A stretch of 64,000 bases of DNA, from NCBI GenBank assembly GCA_030324005.1, contig JARDVH010000042.1, positions 43,339,933 to 43,403,932 of the forward strand, in the 5' to 3' direction. The DNA is from Negaprion brevirostris (Eukaryota). How positions within the stretch are numbered: position 1 is the stretch's first letter; every line of letters begins with the position of its first letter. Under the pieces are notes generated by a model. That model saw nothing but the letters and a program-made list of their open reading frames with translations, did no database searches and was not told the origin of the DNA. Both the position numbers and the translations under genes were made by a program. Below are positions 26,160-39,646 of this stretch, one piece after another.

Positions 26160-27849
26160 GTAAGGAGCTGCACAGCACCATCTCTCATTATGTCTCAATA
26201 ATCCTTTCCAAGTTCCAGCTCCATTTAAGCAGGGGTGAAACTACAGAATCCTAGAGATTAACTTGCAGTTTGACTTGAATTTAATTTTTGACTCAATTTG
26301 AAAGTTGAAGTTTTGTAGGGAAGGGTAATTATTAAATGGACTCTGGTTCTTTACATTTGTTGCTAAAAGATGTGTGACAGAAAAGGAGGATTATTTGACT
26401 AAAGGTGAAAATATGTGGTTTTAACAAGATATTGTGAGACATATCCATACATACACACACATACAGAGGCTTAAGTTGTAGCTCCCATCCCCATGTGGGA
26501 GGATGTCCCACCTCTAAGAGTTACCATCCAATGAGATAACCAGCAACACCACCAGGAGAAAATGTGCCAACGTGAACCAACTTTCAGAGACACCTGAACT
26601 TCAGATCTCACCAGAGGACAGACTGGAAGGTAACCGAAGTGGCCTCACTTGGGTCAGTCAGGTCCTGGCAAGGGAGGGTGGGGTGGGGTGGGGTGGCAAT
26701 CAAGAGGCTGGATGCATTCAAATAGAGAGAGCCCTTTCTACAAGTGGCACCCTTCCATTCAGCACAAGTGTTTCAATAGGAGACCTCAAGGACCCCCCTC
26801 CGCGTGCCCAACTGAAGCAAGCTGTAACTCCAGCCACCCCAACCCCCTCAATCATCAGCTTCTTCTTCTTCCCCGCAGTCCCCCACCATGATCATCAGCC
26901 CCTTCCCTTCCCCCCGACTGCGATTTTCAGCCCCTTCTTTCCACACCCTTCCTGTGATCATTGGCCCCTTCCCCCCACAGACAGAGCCAGCATCCCCACC
27001 TCCCCCCCTTGACAAATTTGGCAAATTTCCAAACCCTTCGGTTTTGGTGTGATCCAATCTCTATTAATGAACGCACTGCAAACTTGCGATAGAATGAACT
27101 AAAAGGGTTTTTTTTTTGTACTCACTCAAAGCACAGGAGAGGGGTAGTCATATAGCTCCCCTTGCATTCATATACCCAGAAAGGAAGAGAGAAAAGAAAG
27201 ATTTACAGTGCAGAGCCCACAGAAAAAGGACATGNNNNNNNNNNNNNNNNNNNNNNNNNNNNNNNNNNNNNNNNNNNNNNNNNNNNNNNNNNNNNNNNNN
27301 NNNNNNNNNNNNNNNNNNNNNNNNNNNNNNNNNNGTGCAGAGCCCACAGAAAAAGGAAATGGTGTTTCACTTGGGTTCCAAAGTCCAGAATCAAATTTCA
27401 ACAGGTATTTCTTCACGGAGATCAGTGAGCGAGAAATCACTGCTGTAATATACCACGTTACAGAAGCTAGAGGCCTGAATGACTCATATTTCTTTGTAGT
27501 GTCTTTGACAAGGGACGTATAGCACCTTTCTGGGTCCCCAAGATGGTTAAATTTCACAATCATGAAGAATTCAAAGAAAGGTTATGGGGTTTTTTGTCCT
27601 AGCAGAGGATTAGATTCCAATTGACCCTACCTGGGTTCTGAAATGCAAGTAGCATGTGTGTAGCTTTCTGAATTTGGTCTGCGTAGCCCATAATGTGTCG
27701 ATAGCATCTCTTCAGAAATAACGAGATACAAGTTTTTTCAAAACTGCCAGATGGCTCCTTCTGTTCAATGGGCAGAAATAGATTCAACCATTTTAAAAAG
27801 TATTTTCCAATTTTTAAAATTTTATAAACAGCCATGAAAATATCTTAGT

Positions 27850-30380
27850 CCCTTCACAGTCACTATCCGCCTTACTGCACACTCCAAGTTTCAGATCATC
27901 TACTAACTATGCAATTATGCCATGTATATCCAAGTCTTGGCCATCAATATACATCTACACAAACCATCATTCTAACCCCAAGGGACAATATTACACATTT
28001 CCAACCAGTCTGAGAAACAACTGTTCACCGCTACTCTCTGTTTTCTGTCCCTTAGCCAATCTCATATTTACATAGCCACATTTCCTTTAATCTCATGGAC
28101 TTCGCTGTTGTCATTTATTATTAAGTTAATTACATGGAAGGTGATTAAACATTTTTTGAAACTCCAAATGGAGAATATCAACAACACCACCCTCATTCAC
28201 CCTGTCTGTTACTCCATCAAAGAACTCCAGCAAGTTTAGTTACATGATTTTCCTCTAACAAATCAATACTTGCTGTTATTTAAGTCAATGCTTTTCTAAG
28301 TGCAAATTAACTGTGTCCTGGATTGTTTCAATGTTCTCCCATCACCAACGTTAAGCTGATTGACCTGTAGTTATTGGGTTTAACCCTCTCCACCTTTGTG
28401 AACAGGGATGCAAAATTCATAAACCCCCAATCCCAAGGCACCATTCTCTTATCTAAGAAAGATTAGAAGATTGTGGCCAGAGCTCCACTATTTCCACCAA
28501 TCTAGGATGCATCTCAAACAGACTTTTTGAGCGCTGCCAACTTATTAAGTACCCAGTCTTTATCTATTTTTGTCATGTACAATGTACTCTATTCTCCTTT
28601 ACTGTGACATTGGCAGTATCCTCTGCTTTAGTGAATTAATTTGCAAAATGCTCTATTAGTACTGGTACCTCAATATTGCCCTCTGTCTCCACAAGAAGCT
28701 AACCTTTTTTGGTCCCTATTGACTCCATTCTTTCTTTGTCTATCTTTAACTATTTATATATTTATAAAAGACCTTTGGGTTCCCTTTTATGTTACCCACT
28801 AATCCATTCTCATTCATCCTTTTGCCATTTTTATTTCATGTTTCACTTCTTCCCTGTACTTTTTGTACTCAGTTTGGTTCTCTACTGAATTATGAGCCCA
28901 ACATTTATCATAAGATTCCTTTTTTCTCCCTTTCCGAAAGGACCAACTGGGGTTTTTATTTTGCAGGAAGAGCTGTGGTGTCTTGCTATCCTGCTGCAGC
29001 GGTAGGTCACCAGATGAATCGGAATGGATCAGGTAAGATTTATCTGTGGAGGGTGGTACAGAGGGCTGTCGGTTCATTTCTGTACAACGTTCCCAGTTCT
29101 TGCATTGGACAGGCTGCTCAACAGCAGCAGGCAAATTTACACCATCCTGTCTTCCCTGCTGTGCCTGCGCGGATGTCAAGTGTCAAAAAACTTCACTCCA
29201 TGGGATGAAGAGTTACACTTTTAAGATTTGCGATATCTCCTTTGGCTTCACTATGGCTGAATCTCAACTTTTGGTTTGGGGCCAGAATGGGCAGGAATGG
29301 AATGGATGAAGCTTTATATCGTTCACCCAGATTTCCACTGAAGACAGTAGGCAGGAAAATTGAGCAGGACATGCCCCATGAGCAGCCAATCCATTGCCTC
29401 CTGGTTTTACTTGCCCTGCTCAAGTTGAAGTTCATTGTACTGTGTATAGTATCAGTGTAGATTTTCGATCTTCTGCCTCGATGTTCTGCCTCCCATTCTC
29501 AATGAAAATATTAAGTGGGGGATTTCCAAGTTTTTCAAAACCTCTGAGTTGCTGCCAACATCACATCAAGTAACCAAATGTTTTCTAGGTTGTTTGAGGA
29601 AATCTAATGGTGCAGTGTTAAGTAACTACAGCCGAGCCGACAGTGCAGTACTGGGAGAACAGAGTGTATTGCACAACATCTTCTAATGGTATATTACTGA
29701 AAAACTAATATGTAATTGTATCTCTGTTCAATCTTTATAAGGTTTAGGTCTCTGGACTTGAATAGAGAATCCCAAGCTGAGTTCTGTTNNNNNNNNNNNN
29801 NNNNNNNNNNNNNNNNNNNNNNNNNNNNNNNNNNNNNNNNNNNNNNNNNNNNNNNNNNNNNNNNNNNNNNNNNNNNNNNNNNNNNNNNCTCATCTTTAGT
29901 CATCCAGAGAGCACCAGCTTTGGATGCCCTTCTTCTCCCCTATTGGGAATATATCTAATCTGTATCTGAACTATCTCCTCTTTGAAAGTCTCCACTGCTC
30001 ATTTACTGTTTCACCTGCCAAACTCAAATTCCAATCCTCCTGGGCCAGATCACTTTTCAATTTATTGAAATTAGTCCTCCTACAGTAGAATATTTTCACA
30101 TTTGATTTTTCCTTGTCCTTTTCTAAATCCAATGATACCGTGACCTTTATTTCCCAAATGTTCTTCCACTAAAACAGTTTCCAATTGCCTCACTTCGTTC
30201 CTCAGAACTAGATCCAGCATTGTTTCCTTCTTCATTGGGCTGAAAATGTACTGATCAAGAATGTTCTCTTCTATACACTTCAGGAATTCTGCCCCCTATT
30301 TGCACTTTACACTGTTATTTTCCAGCACAGATTAGAGTAATTGAAATCACCCATTATCACTACCCTGAAGCTCTTGTATC
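27850..30380 (-). mobile_element. Decayed CR1 LINE ORF2, interrupted by an unrelated block at about 28930-29790
   Basis: Minus strand gives ENQTEYKKYREEVKHEIKMAK, NIKGNPKVFYKYI, NNYRSISLTL, and on the right VIMGDFNY and FLDQYIFSP (endonuclease). Confidence 0.75.
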
Positions 30381-30384
30381 TTAG

Positions 30385-31150
30385 AATCATAGCATCATAG
30401 GAGGTTTATGGCACAGAAATAGGCCACTTGGCCCATCCTATCTGTGCCAGCCAAATTGGGAACACCCAACCGAATCCCACTTTCCAGCACTTGGTCCATA
30501 GTCCTACAAGTTACAGCACTTGAGGTTCCTTCACTGTCACTGAGGCAAAATCCTGGAACTTTCTCCCTAGTAGCACTGTGGGTATACCTACACCATATGA
30601 ACTGCAACAATTCTAGAAGGCAACTCAACCACCATCTTCCCAGTGTAATTAGAGAAGGCCAATAAATAATAAATAGGCCTTTTACATCCACTCTATATGG
30701 GCCACTTACAGTTTTATACATCTCAATCAAATTTCTCCTCAGCCTCTTCATTTCCATAAAGAACAACCACAGCCTATCCAATCTTTCTTCATACCTGCAG
30801 TTTGCCACTTCTGGCAACATCCCCATCCATTGACTCCATCTACACTTCACACTGCCTTGGAAAAGCCACCAGTATATTCAAGAACCTAATGCACATGGAA
30901 ATATTCTCTTCCATCTTTTTCAGTCAGGAAAAAGATACAAAAGTCTGAGATCACACGCTAACCAATTCAAGAACAGCTTCTTCCCTGACTTTAGAATGGA
31001 CCTACCTTATGTTAAGCTGATCTCTCTCTGTACCCTAGCTATGACAATAACACTACATTCTGCACCCTTTCCTTCCCTTCCCCCCAATGTACTCTATGAA
31101 CAGTGTGTTCTGTCTGTATAGCTTTTCACTATATCCCAAAACACGTGACA
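30385..31150. mobile_element. Mosaic of LINE 3' fragments (CR1 on -, CR1/L2 tail on +, Rex1 on +)
   Basis: ORF 30395-30850(-) contains YEERLDRLWLF..KRLRRNLIEMYK (CR1). 30520-30670 matches the 21960-22090 tail. 30950-30990 ttcaagaacagcttcttccct is Rex1-like. Confidence 0.65.
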
Positions 31151-31469
31151 ATAATGGGGTGAATATTATTGTCCTGCCTGCCATGGGAACCAAAGCGGGT
31201 GAGAGGCAGACCATGGAAAAGTCAGTTGACCTCATGTAGGATTTTCCAGTTTTGGGGCGAGCTTGGCCGGAAAATCATGCCCAACAAATCAACTCAAATC
31301 AGACATCCTCATAAACTTTCTCTGACCCTCTTACATTCTTCCTGTAATGAGGTAACCAGAATAGCACATCACTGAAGACTGGCAAAATTTAGTGGAGGAT
31401 TCAGAAAGCTCCATTTAACCATTGCAGAAGCTATTGCCTGGCTTGATGATTACTATACACACTACAAAA

Positions 31470-31880
31470 AATCCTTCGGCACCTCACCTATATCTAGCAA
31501 GGATTAGATATTGATGGTTATACTTTCGAAAATTTCCTCCTTGGTCTCTTTTTTAACAGGCTGGGGTACATTTCATTCAGCCCTGGTGACTTATCCACTT
31601 TCATGGGTGCTTAATTCTTCTTTAATAATAATCCCTAAATACTTCTTCTTTCCCTATGTTTATCACATTCAATGCTTCACATTTCTCCTTAACTACAATG
31701 TTTGCATTGTCCCCCTTTTTTGTGAAGACAAATGCAAAGTCCCCATACCCACACCATCAACATCCACACATAGGTTACCTTTTTGGTCCTTTATGTGCCC
31801 TACACTTTCCTTAGTTATCCTATTCCTCTTAATGTACAGATAAGATACTTTTGGATTCTCTTTGACTTTGAATGCAATTG
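31470..31880 (-). mobile_element. CR1 LINE fragment
   Basis: KVKENPKVSYLYIKRNRITKESVGHIKDQKGNLCV (ORF 31693-31884 -). Confidence 0.75.
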
Positions 31881-32709
31881 GCAATTTGTGCCTATCTGTG
31901 CCTGTGGCTCACTAACCTTGTTTGCCACACTATAGCCATTTATACACCCGCACTCTAAATTCAGTTTGGCCAGCTTCACAATAACAAAAGAACTTCATAG
32001 CTTAATTGCAGTATTATCATTCAACTTGCTACTGACCAAATATTTTGATTGTTCTCGTACAGTGTCCATGTTTTATGATTTTGCTGATGAAGAGCAAATT
32101 ACAGTATGACAACAGCATGCTGTTAGCAATCTGGGTAATGAATTCAGCACTCAAAGGGAATATATGAAAACAATTTTTCAAATTATTTTCTGCAGGAATT
32201 TTTACATGAAAACATCAGAGTGCATAATTGATGTTATTTTTTGAGCAGTCCAACATTTTACATGCAGTTAGAGATGTTGATATCAGGGTAATTTGATTAA
32301 CTAAAGTCAGACCTAGAGTCATTTGAACTTGTACCACCTTTTCCCATCTACAATCAGTATTAGCATTATTATAAACAGTAAACCCTGTCTGTAATACATG
32401 ATCTATGGATGTTATAGAATATATTTAAATGAAGGGGGGAAATTTTCCCGTCCCACCCACCAAAGGAATCTTAGTGGGCGGGGGGGTTGGTGCAGACCAT
32501 GCAATGATCCGTTGACCTCTAGGGGCAAGTATGGCTGGAAAATCCCACCCTAAAAATGGGGCAGCCTGGTGGCATAGTGGTTAGCGCTGNNNNNNNNNNN
32601 NNNNNNNNNNNNNNNNNNNNNNNNNNNNNNNNNNNNNNNNNNNNNNNNNNNNNNNNNNNNNNNNNNNNNNNNNNNNNNNNNNNNNNNNNGAAAATCCCAC
32701 CCAAAAAAT

Positions 32710-32974
32710 GGGGCAGCATGGTGGCATAGTGGTTAGCCCTGCTGCTTCACAGCACTAGGGACCCAAGTCTGATTCCTGGCTTAGGTCACCGTCTGTGTGG
32801 AATTTGCACATTCTCCTTGTGTCTGCGTGTGTTTCCTCTGGGTGCATTCTGAAAGACATGCTGGTTAGATGCATTGACCCAAACAGGTGCCGGACTGTGG
32901 TAACTAGGGGAATTTCACAGTAGCTTCATTGCGGTGTTAATGTAATCCTTACTTGTGACTAATAAATAAACTTT
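32710..32974 (+). mobile_element. HE1-headed SINE with alternative 3' tail
   Basis: Standard head and core, then gactgtggtaactaggggaatttcacagtagcttcattgcggtgttaatgtaatccttacttgtgactaataaataaacttt. Confidence 0.8.
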
Positions 32975-34689
32975 TTAAAAAATCTTTGGTCCTGTTAAGG
33001 CAACTGCCAGATCATCTGCTCACACAAAAATGAGATTGCCGCTTTGACATCATCAACAGAGAAGTAGGTTCGTCCATGCAATTCTCAGAGTCCTAACACC
33101 CCTGTTCACATCAGATAGGAGGCCAGATAATTCAACCCAAGATCTACAAAACTGGGCCAAAAATTGGCAAACATGAGAGAATCACACNNNNNNNNNNNNT
33201 GTCATCAATAACGATGGTTTTTTGGTCAACTAAATTAACTCTTGGCATATCATTCAATTGTCATCATGCTATTGGGGCGAACAATACATTTTTCATCACA
33301 TATTCTTGTTCTGACATGCCTATATGCATCAGATTGAGCTGATCATGCTTACAGTGCAACATTACAGCCATGTCATATCAAAATCAGTGTCTGAGATTAT
33401 AATGAGAACTCCAAAAAGATCAATTAGATATCTAATTAAGTAAGAACAGCCAACATACTTCAAGAGACATTCCAAAGCAGAACAGACCCATTTCCCTAAC
33501 ATATGCCCATTTATATTTTGGAGAAGAAACTTCCAAAGCACTGTCAACAATCGCGGAGTTCAGTGTGCAATCCAGTTTGCATCGTTAATGTAGGGTAGTG
33601 GGAGTTTTTCTTGCGGGTAGTATTGTTTTCTTTTTCACATCAAGATTATCCATCCAAAAATTGGGTGCTTGACAATTCAAGCATGTGGGCTCCGCGCAAA
33701 ATTTCCCAACCCTTGCCATGACCAGTGATGTCCACTGTTGCCAATGGAGCCATAGGAACTCATTCCTCTGCTATCTACATAAAGCCAGAAAATCCATTGA
33801 CTATTTTTTCCACAAGAAAACGTTTGTTTCTATACTTACTAATTTACCAATTTGGATAGTTTGCTTCAGAGGTCATTGGACCGGGCAATTTAAAAGTTAG
33901 TCACAAAGTATCTGCTAAGAAATGACTTCACATAAATATAATCAGTGGAAGAACAGGTAATATGATGAAGTAAGAATGATACCCATCACTCCATCAGCCC
34001 TTCTGACCACTGAGAAGGACAACATGTTCATTGGGTTTATGCTGAGATTTTCACAACAGATTCATATGTTTCAATAGCAGTTGCCAAGAACTCTTAAACA
34101 CCTGATGATTTTATATATAATTGGAAAATGCAGATTGAGAACAGTAGAGTCTCAGCTGCTATATAGGGAGATGGTTGTGCTAATCTTATTTGTTAACTTG
34201 TTCTGTCTTAATGAGGTAATGCTAACAGACACAAGTTTGTTTTTTTTTCTTTTTGGCTGCTGTGTCCCTTCAATTTCTTACAACCATGTACAACCCAAAT
34301 CAACTTTCATGGCGCAACAATCATTTATCTGAATGTTAATTGTTCCAGTCTCACTGTTTTAAGAGCAAAGATTATACCCCATTTGCATTGATAGTCCAGA
34401 TGCATTGAATAAATTGACTAGCTCCTCTGAAGATATCACTAAAGGGACAGGATGAGTTGCTATCTTTTCTGACCACATGTGGATAGAGTCACTCATACGT
34501 CTTTTTCCTTACCAGCCCTTAATGTCCGTTGAAAAGATGTAATGGACAGAAAATAGCTGACAACACACACTGATGTATTTATAGTGTTCTGTTGATATGG
34601 AATATGTCTTTTAATTTAATAAAGAAAGAATTCACATTTACATAGTGCTAGGAATTTAGGAAAGGATAGATCATTCAGAATGTATTTCC

Positions 34690-35270
34690 TATTTGCTCAA
34701 GGAATATGAGCTTCACTGGCTAGACAAGCATTTATTGTCCATCCCTAATTGTCCCTGAGAAAGTGGCGGTAAGCTACTTTCTTGAACTGCTGCAGTTCAT
34801 GTGGTGTAGGTATNNNNNNNNNNCCCAGCGACAATGAAGGAACGGTGATATAGATCCACGTCAAGGTGGTGAGTGGCCCATGTACCTACTGTCCTTGCCC
34901 TTCTAGATAGTAGTGCTCGTAGGTTTGTAAACTGCTGACTAAGGAGCCTTGGTAAGTTCCTGCAGTGCATCTTGGAGATAACACCTGCTACTGCCACTGT
35001 ATGTCAGTGGTGGAGAGGGTGAATGTTTGTGGATAGGGTGCCAATCAAGTTGGTTGCTTTATTCTGGATGGTGTGGTATTTTTTGAGTGTTGTTGGAGCT
35101 GCACCCATCCAGGCAAGAGGAGAATATTCCTAGTAGATTTCAGGCAGGCTTTGGTGAGTCACTCGTTGCAAGATTCCAAGCCTCTGACCTGCTCTTATAG
35201 CCATAATATTTATATGGCTGGTCCAGTTCAGTTTCTGGTCCATGTAACCCCCAGGATGTTGATTATATTG
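34690..35270 (-). mobile_element. CR1/L2-group LINE 3' fragment (same family as 19980-22135)
   Basis: Reverse complement aligns by eye to 21500-22120 (gcaggtcagaggcttggaatc, tgcagctccaacaacactc, gcagcagttcaagaa). Confidence 0.7.
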
Positions 35271-35489
35271 ATGATACATCCACAGCCTTTTGAAGATTCT
35301 AGATTCTACTACCCCATATGCGAATATTTGCTTTCCAATTTCACTATTGAATAGTCAAACTCTTACTTTAATATTACGTCCCAGAGTTCTTGATGTACCC
35401 ACCAAATAAAATACTTTCTCTACTTTTCATATTATCAGAAAATCTCAGAATTCTCCAGTCATTGAAATTATTTTTGAAATGTCACTATT

Positions 35490-35712
35490 TTGAATTCTCT
35501 ACCCCAGAGTGCAGTGGACGCTGGAACATTAAACAAATTTGAGGAGGAGATAGATAAGATTTTAATTAGTAGCGTGATGAATGGTTATAAGGGCAACAGG
35601 CAGAAAGGTGGAGATGAACACAAGCTGAGATCAACCATGATGATATTGAATGACAGAGAAGACTCGAGAGGCTAAATTGCCTACTCCTGCTCCTAGTTCT
35701 TATGATCTTGAG
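35490..35712 (+). mobile_element. CR1 3' end
   Basis: NSLPQSAVDAGTLNKFEEEIDKIL and tail gactcgagaggctaaattgcctactcctgctcctagttcttatg. Confidence 0.75.
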
Positions 35713-36179
35713 TTATGCTCTTCCTATCATTCAGTGCTACACTGAAGTGTCAATCTACATTATGTTCTCAACTCCCTGGATTAGGGTTTGAATTACCATT
35801 TGTTGAGTCAGTTGTGACAATTATACCATTGAGAAAACTGTAAATCCATCCTTCGGGTGATATGTAAACCAAAGTTCCATCTACCTTTTATCATGTACTT
35901 AGAAATCACACAAAGCTATTTAAAGACAAGCAAAATTCTCCCCCAAAAATGATTGATCCCTCAATCCAGCCCCAGGACTAAATTTCTGGGGAGCATAGTA
36001 ACTTCTCTAGCCTAGACGTTTTCCTAGTTCCCTGCCCAATCTCCACGAATATCCTTCTACTGTTCAGTACACCTCATGCCTCCCTGCCTGCCAGTAGCAT
36101 TCGTGAATGATAAGCAGCATTTCCACCCTTATACAGCTAACACAGAATCAAAACGTAGGCCAAGATTCCTACTAGTAAA

Positions 36180-36490
36180 AAGATTCAAGAATGAGAGGGC
36201 ACAGATTGAAAGTGATTTGCAAAAGACAGAAATGTGATGTGTGAAAAAAATTTTTCACACAACAAGTGGTTCTGGTCTAGTACGCATCACCTGGAAGTGT
36301 GGAGGCAAATTCAACTGAGGCATTCAAGAGGACATTAGATGATTACTTGAATAGAAACGATGTGCAGGGGTATGGGGAAAAGGCAGGGGAATGGCACTAA
36401 GCCATGATGCTTATTTGGAGAGCTGGTGTACAGACATGATGGAACAAATGGCCTCCTTCTGTACAATAACAATTCTGTGATTCAGTGATT
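36180..36490 (+). mobile_element. CR1 3' end (same subfamily as 14150-14682)
   Basis: gagagggcacagattgaaagtgatttgcaaaaga...aatggcctccttctgtacaataacaattctgtgattc. Confidence 0.7.
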
Positions 36491-36619
36491 TTGGATTAAA
36501 AAGACACAATACTTTGGAGGGAGAAATAATAGTTCAAATCTGAATCATGTCCTTCAAATGCTACAAAGAAACCTGCAGTTAAACAGTTCAGTTAAAGAGT
36601 TGATCTTGGTTGCAAGGTG

Positions 36620-36831
36620 ACACGGTGGCACAGTGGTTAGCACCAGGGACCCAGATTCGATTCCCAACTTGGGTCACTGTCTGTGTGGACTTTGCATGTT
36701 CTCCCTGTGTCTGTGTGGGTTTCTTATGGGTGCTGCAGTTTCCTCCCACAGTCCAAAGATGTTCATGTTAGGTGGGTTGACTCTACTCCTTAGTGTCAGA
36801 GGACTAGCTGGGTAAATGCATGGGATTACAG
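36620..36831 (+). mobile_element. HE1-like SINE running into a gap
   Basis: cacggtggcacagtggttagcaccagggacccagattcgattccc...ttcctcccacagtccaaagatg. Confidence 0.8.
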
Positions 36832-36932
36832 NNNNNNNNNNNNNNNNNNNNNNNNNNNNNNNNNNNNNNNNNNNNNNNNNNNNNNNNNNNNNNNNNNNNN
36901 NNNNNNNNNNNNNNNNNNNNNNNNNNNNNNNA

Positions 36933-37900
36933 GTTCAGAGTGGTTGTTCACTGTGGCACGTTGTACCTGTTGATCGATGAGTCGAGTATCATATCCTGTT
37001 CTTACGAGGGCATCTTTCAGTGTCTGGAAGTGTCTGTTGCGATCCTTCTCATCTGAGCAGATCCTGTGTATACGGAGGGCTTGTCTATATAGGGAATGGC
37101 TTCTTTAACATGTTTAGGGTGGAAGCTGGAGACGTGGAGCATCATGAGAATGTCCATGGGCTTGCGGTACAGTGAAGTGCTGAGGTGACTGCCCTTGATG
37201 GAGATGTGTGTGTCCAAGAATCAACCGATTCCAGAGAGTAGTTCGCTGTGAGTCTGAAGGCGGGTTGGAACTTGTTCATGTCATCATATAGTTGTTTCAG
37301 TGATTGTTCACTATGAGTCCAAAGGAAGAAAATGTCAACGATACATCTAGTGTATAGCATCGGTTGAAGGTCCTATGGAGTGAAGAGGTCTCGTTTGAAC
37401 CTGTGCATGAAGATGTTTGCATATTGAGGAGCGAATTTGGTCCCCGAAGCTGTTACATGTGTCTGGATGAAGAACTGGTTGTTGAAGGTGAAGACATTGT
37501 GGTCCAGGATGAAGCGGATGAGTTGCAAAATTGCAACTGGAAACTGGCAGTTGTCGGCGTTGAGTATTGAGGCAGTTGCAGCAATGCTAACATTGTAGGG
37601 GAATGCTAAGACATCCACTGTGATGAGGAGTGCTCCTGGTTCAACTGCTCCATGTGTGCTGAGTTTCTGTAGGAAGTCCATATTGTAGTGACAAAAGCTG
37701 GGGGTTCTTTGTACAATGGGTTTCAGGATGCCCTTGGCATAGCTGGAGAGGCTCTCGCACAGGGTCCCATTGCCCGATATGATGGGATGGCCAGGTGTGT
37801 TTGCCTTGTGTATCTTTGGGAGGCAGTAGAGATCTCCCACGTAGGGTGTACGTAGGGTAAGAGCCCGGACGGTGCTCTGAAGGTCCGGATCAAAGGTCTT
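36933..37900 (-). mobile_element. Penelope-like retroelement, RT core (inverted segment, pseudogenised)
   Basis: GDLYCLPKIHKANTPGHPIISGNG, LLITVDV, ILDHNVFTFNNQFFIQTHVTASGTKFAPQYANIFM, YTRCIVDIFFLW (degenerate RYIDD), LYRKP...SSFHPKHVK are PLE RT motifs. Confidence 0.9.
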
Positions 37901-37914
37901 GATCAGCCTGTTGA

Positions 37915-39236
37915 GTCAGTCTCTGGAATTGGTTGCATTCTTGGACACACGCATCTCCATTAAGGAGGGTCACCTCAGCACTTCACTGCACCACAAGTCC
38001 ACGGATAACCTCACGATGTTCCACTTCTCCGGCTTCCACCCTAAACACGTTAAAGAAGCCATCCCCTATGGACAAGCTCTCTGTATACACAGGATCTGCT
38101 CAGATGAGGAGGATCGCAACAGATGCTGAAAGATGCCCTCGTAAGAACAGGATATGGCACTCGACTCATTGATCGACAGTTCTGACGCACCACTGCGAAA
38201 AACCACACTGACCTCCTCAGAAGACAAACAAGGGACATGGTGGACAGAGTACCCTTCGTCATCCAATACTTCCCCGGAACGGAGAAGCTATGACATCTTC
38301 TCCAGAGCCTCCAACCTGCCATTGATGGAGACAAACATCTTGCCAAGGCCATCCCCACACCCCCACTTCTTGCCCTCAAACAACCACACAACCTTAAACA
38401 AATCATTGTCTGCAGCAAACTATCCAGTCTTGAGGAGAACAGTGACTATGACAGCGCACAACCCTGCCACAGCAACCTCTGCAACATGTGCCGGATCATC
38501 GACACTGATGCCATCATCTCACGTGAGAACATCATCCACAGGTACGCGATACATTACTGTTGCAACCCAGCCAATGTCGTCAACCAGATATGCTGCAAGA
38601 AAGGATGTCCCGAGGCATGGTGCATTGGGAAGGCCATGCGGACACTATGACAACGGATGAATGAACACCACTCGACAAAAACCAAGCAAGCGTGTTCTCT
38701 TTCTGTTGGGGAACACTTCAGCGGTCATGGGCATTTGGCCTCTGATCTTCGGGTAAGCATTCTCCAAGGCGGCCTTCACGACATACGACAGCACAGAGTT
38801 GCTGAGCAGAGACTGATAGCCAAGTTCCGTGCAAATGAGGACAGCCTCAACCGGGGATCTTGGGCTCATGTCACATTATCTGTAACCCCACGATTTGCCT
38901 GGACTTGCAAAATCTCACTAACTGTCCTGTCTGGAGACAATACACATCTCTTTAACCTATGCTTAACCCTCTCTCCACTCACATTGTCTGTAACTTTAAG
39001 ACTTGATTAGCTGTAAAGATTCGCATTCCAACCATTATTTTGTAAATTGAGTTTCTGTCTTTATATGCCCTGTTTGTGAACAGAACTCCCACTCACCTGA
39101 TGAAGGAGCAGCGCTATGAAAGCTTGTGGTTTATACTACCAAATAAACTTGTAGTACCTCATACTAAGAAGTCTCACAACAATGCTTGTGTCGATATGTG
39201 CTTAGCCCAGTCCAATGCCAGCATCTCGATATCATG
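37915..39236 (+). mobile_element. Penelope-like retroelement (Neptune-type): RT thumb, Cys-rich linker, GIY-YIG endonuclease, 3' pLTR
   Basis: VAFLDTRISIKEGHLSTSL...IPYGQALCIHRICSD; QPCHSNLCNMCRII linker; ANVVNQICCKKGCPEAWCIG...QRMNEH; VGEHFSGHGH...RVAEQRLIAKF...LNR. Hammerhead near the 3' end. Confidence 0.9.
39094..39128 (+). ncRNA. Minimal type I hammerhead ribozyme motif in Penelope pLTR
   Basis: CAC-CTGATGA-aggagcagcgctat-GAAA-GC-TT-GTG: conserved core, CAC/GTG stem I, palindromic AGCT in place of stem III. Stem II partly eroded. Confidence 0.7.
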
Positions 39237-39646
39237 GCACCTCGTACTGCCAGAGTATCTAACGACAAGTGACTTAAGAGCTACACCTTTCTCCAGATTG
39301 ACACCAGGGAATCAGAGTCATCATTTTCAGACCCCTCTGTGGACCTTTATTTTGTGATATCAAATCCACCTGCTCTCAAACCTTTTAGCCAAAATGAAGC
39401 AGGCTTGTTACTGACTTTTACCCAAACAGTCCTGTGAAACTCACTGTCTACCTGTCACCAAATCTGCCTATTTCCTCTTGCACAATATTCCCTACCTCTC
39501 TCCAATCTCAGTCCTGCTGGTATGAAACGTTCACCTATGTTTCTTTGACATATGGCTACAATAATGGCAATGTCCTCCCTTGGTAGAAATATGAAAAAGA
39601 GAAACAGGAGGAGGCCAATTAGCTCTCCCATGTTCTCCCATACAGG

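Noticed and set aside
26572-27012. 146-aa proline-rich ORF with a G-run cluster at about 26671-26696
   Set aside because: Low-complexity C/G-rich sequence like the interiors of the non-autonomous DNA elements; the ORF is a compositional by-product.
27208-27357. Direct repeat gtgcagagcccacagaaaaagga on both sides of a 100-N gap
   Set aside because: Typical overlapping contig ends at a placeholder gap; likely assembly artefact.
32538-32740. Apparent tandem duplication of MITE end plus SINE head across a gap
   Set aside because: Flanks a 100-N gap with few differences; probably haplotype or contig overlap.
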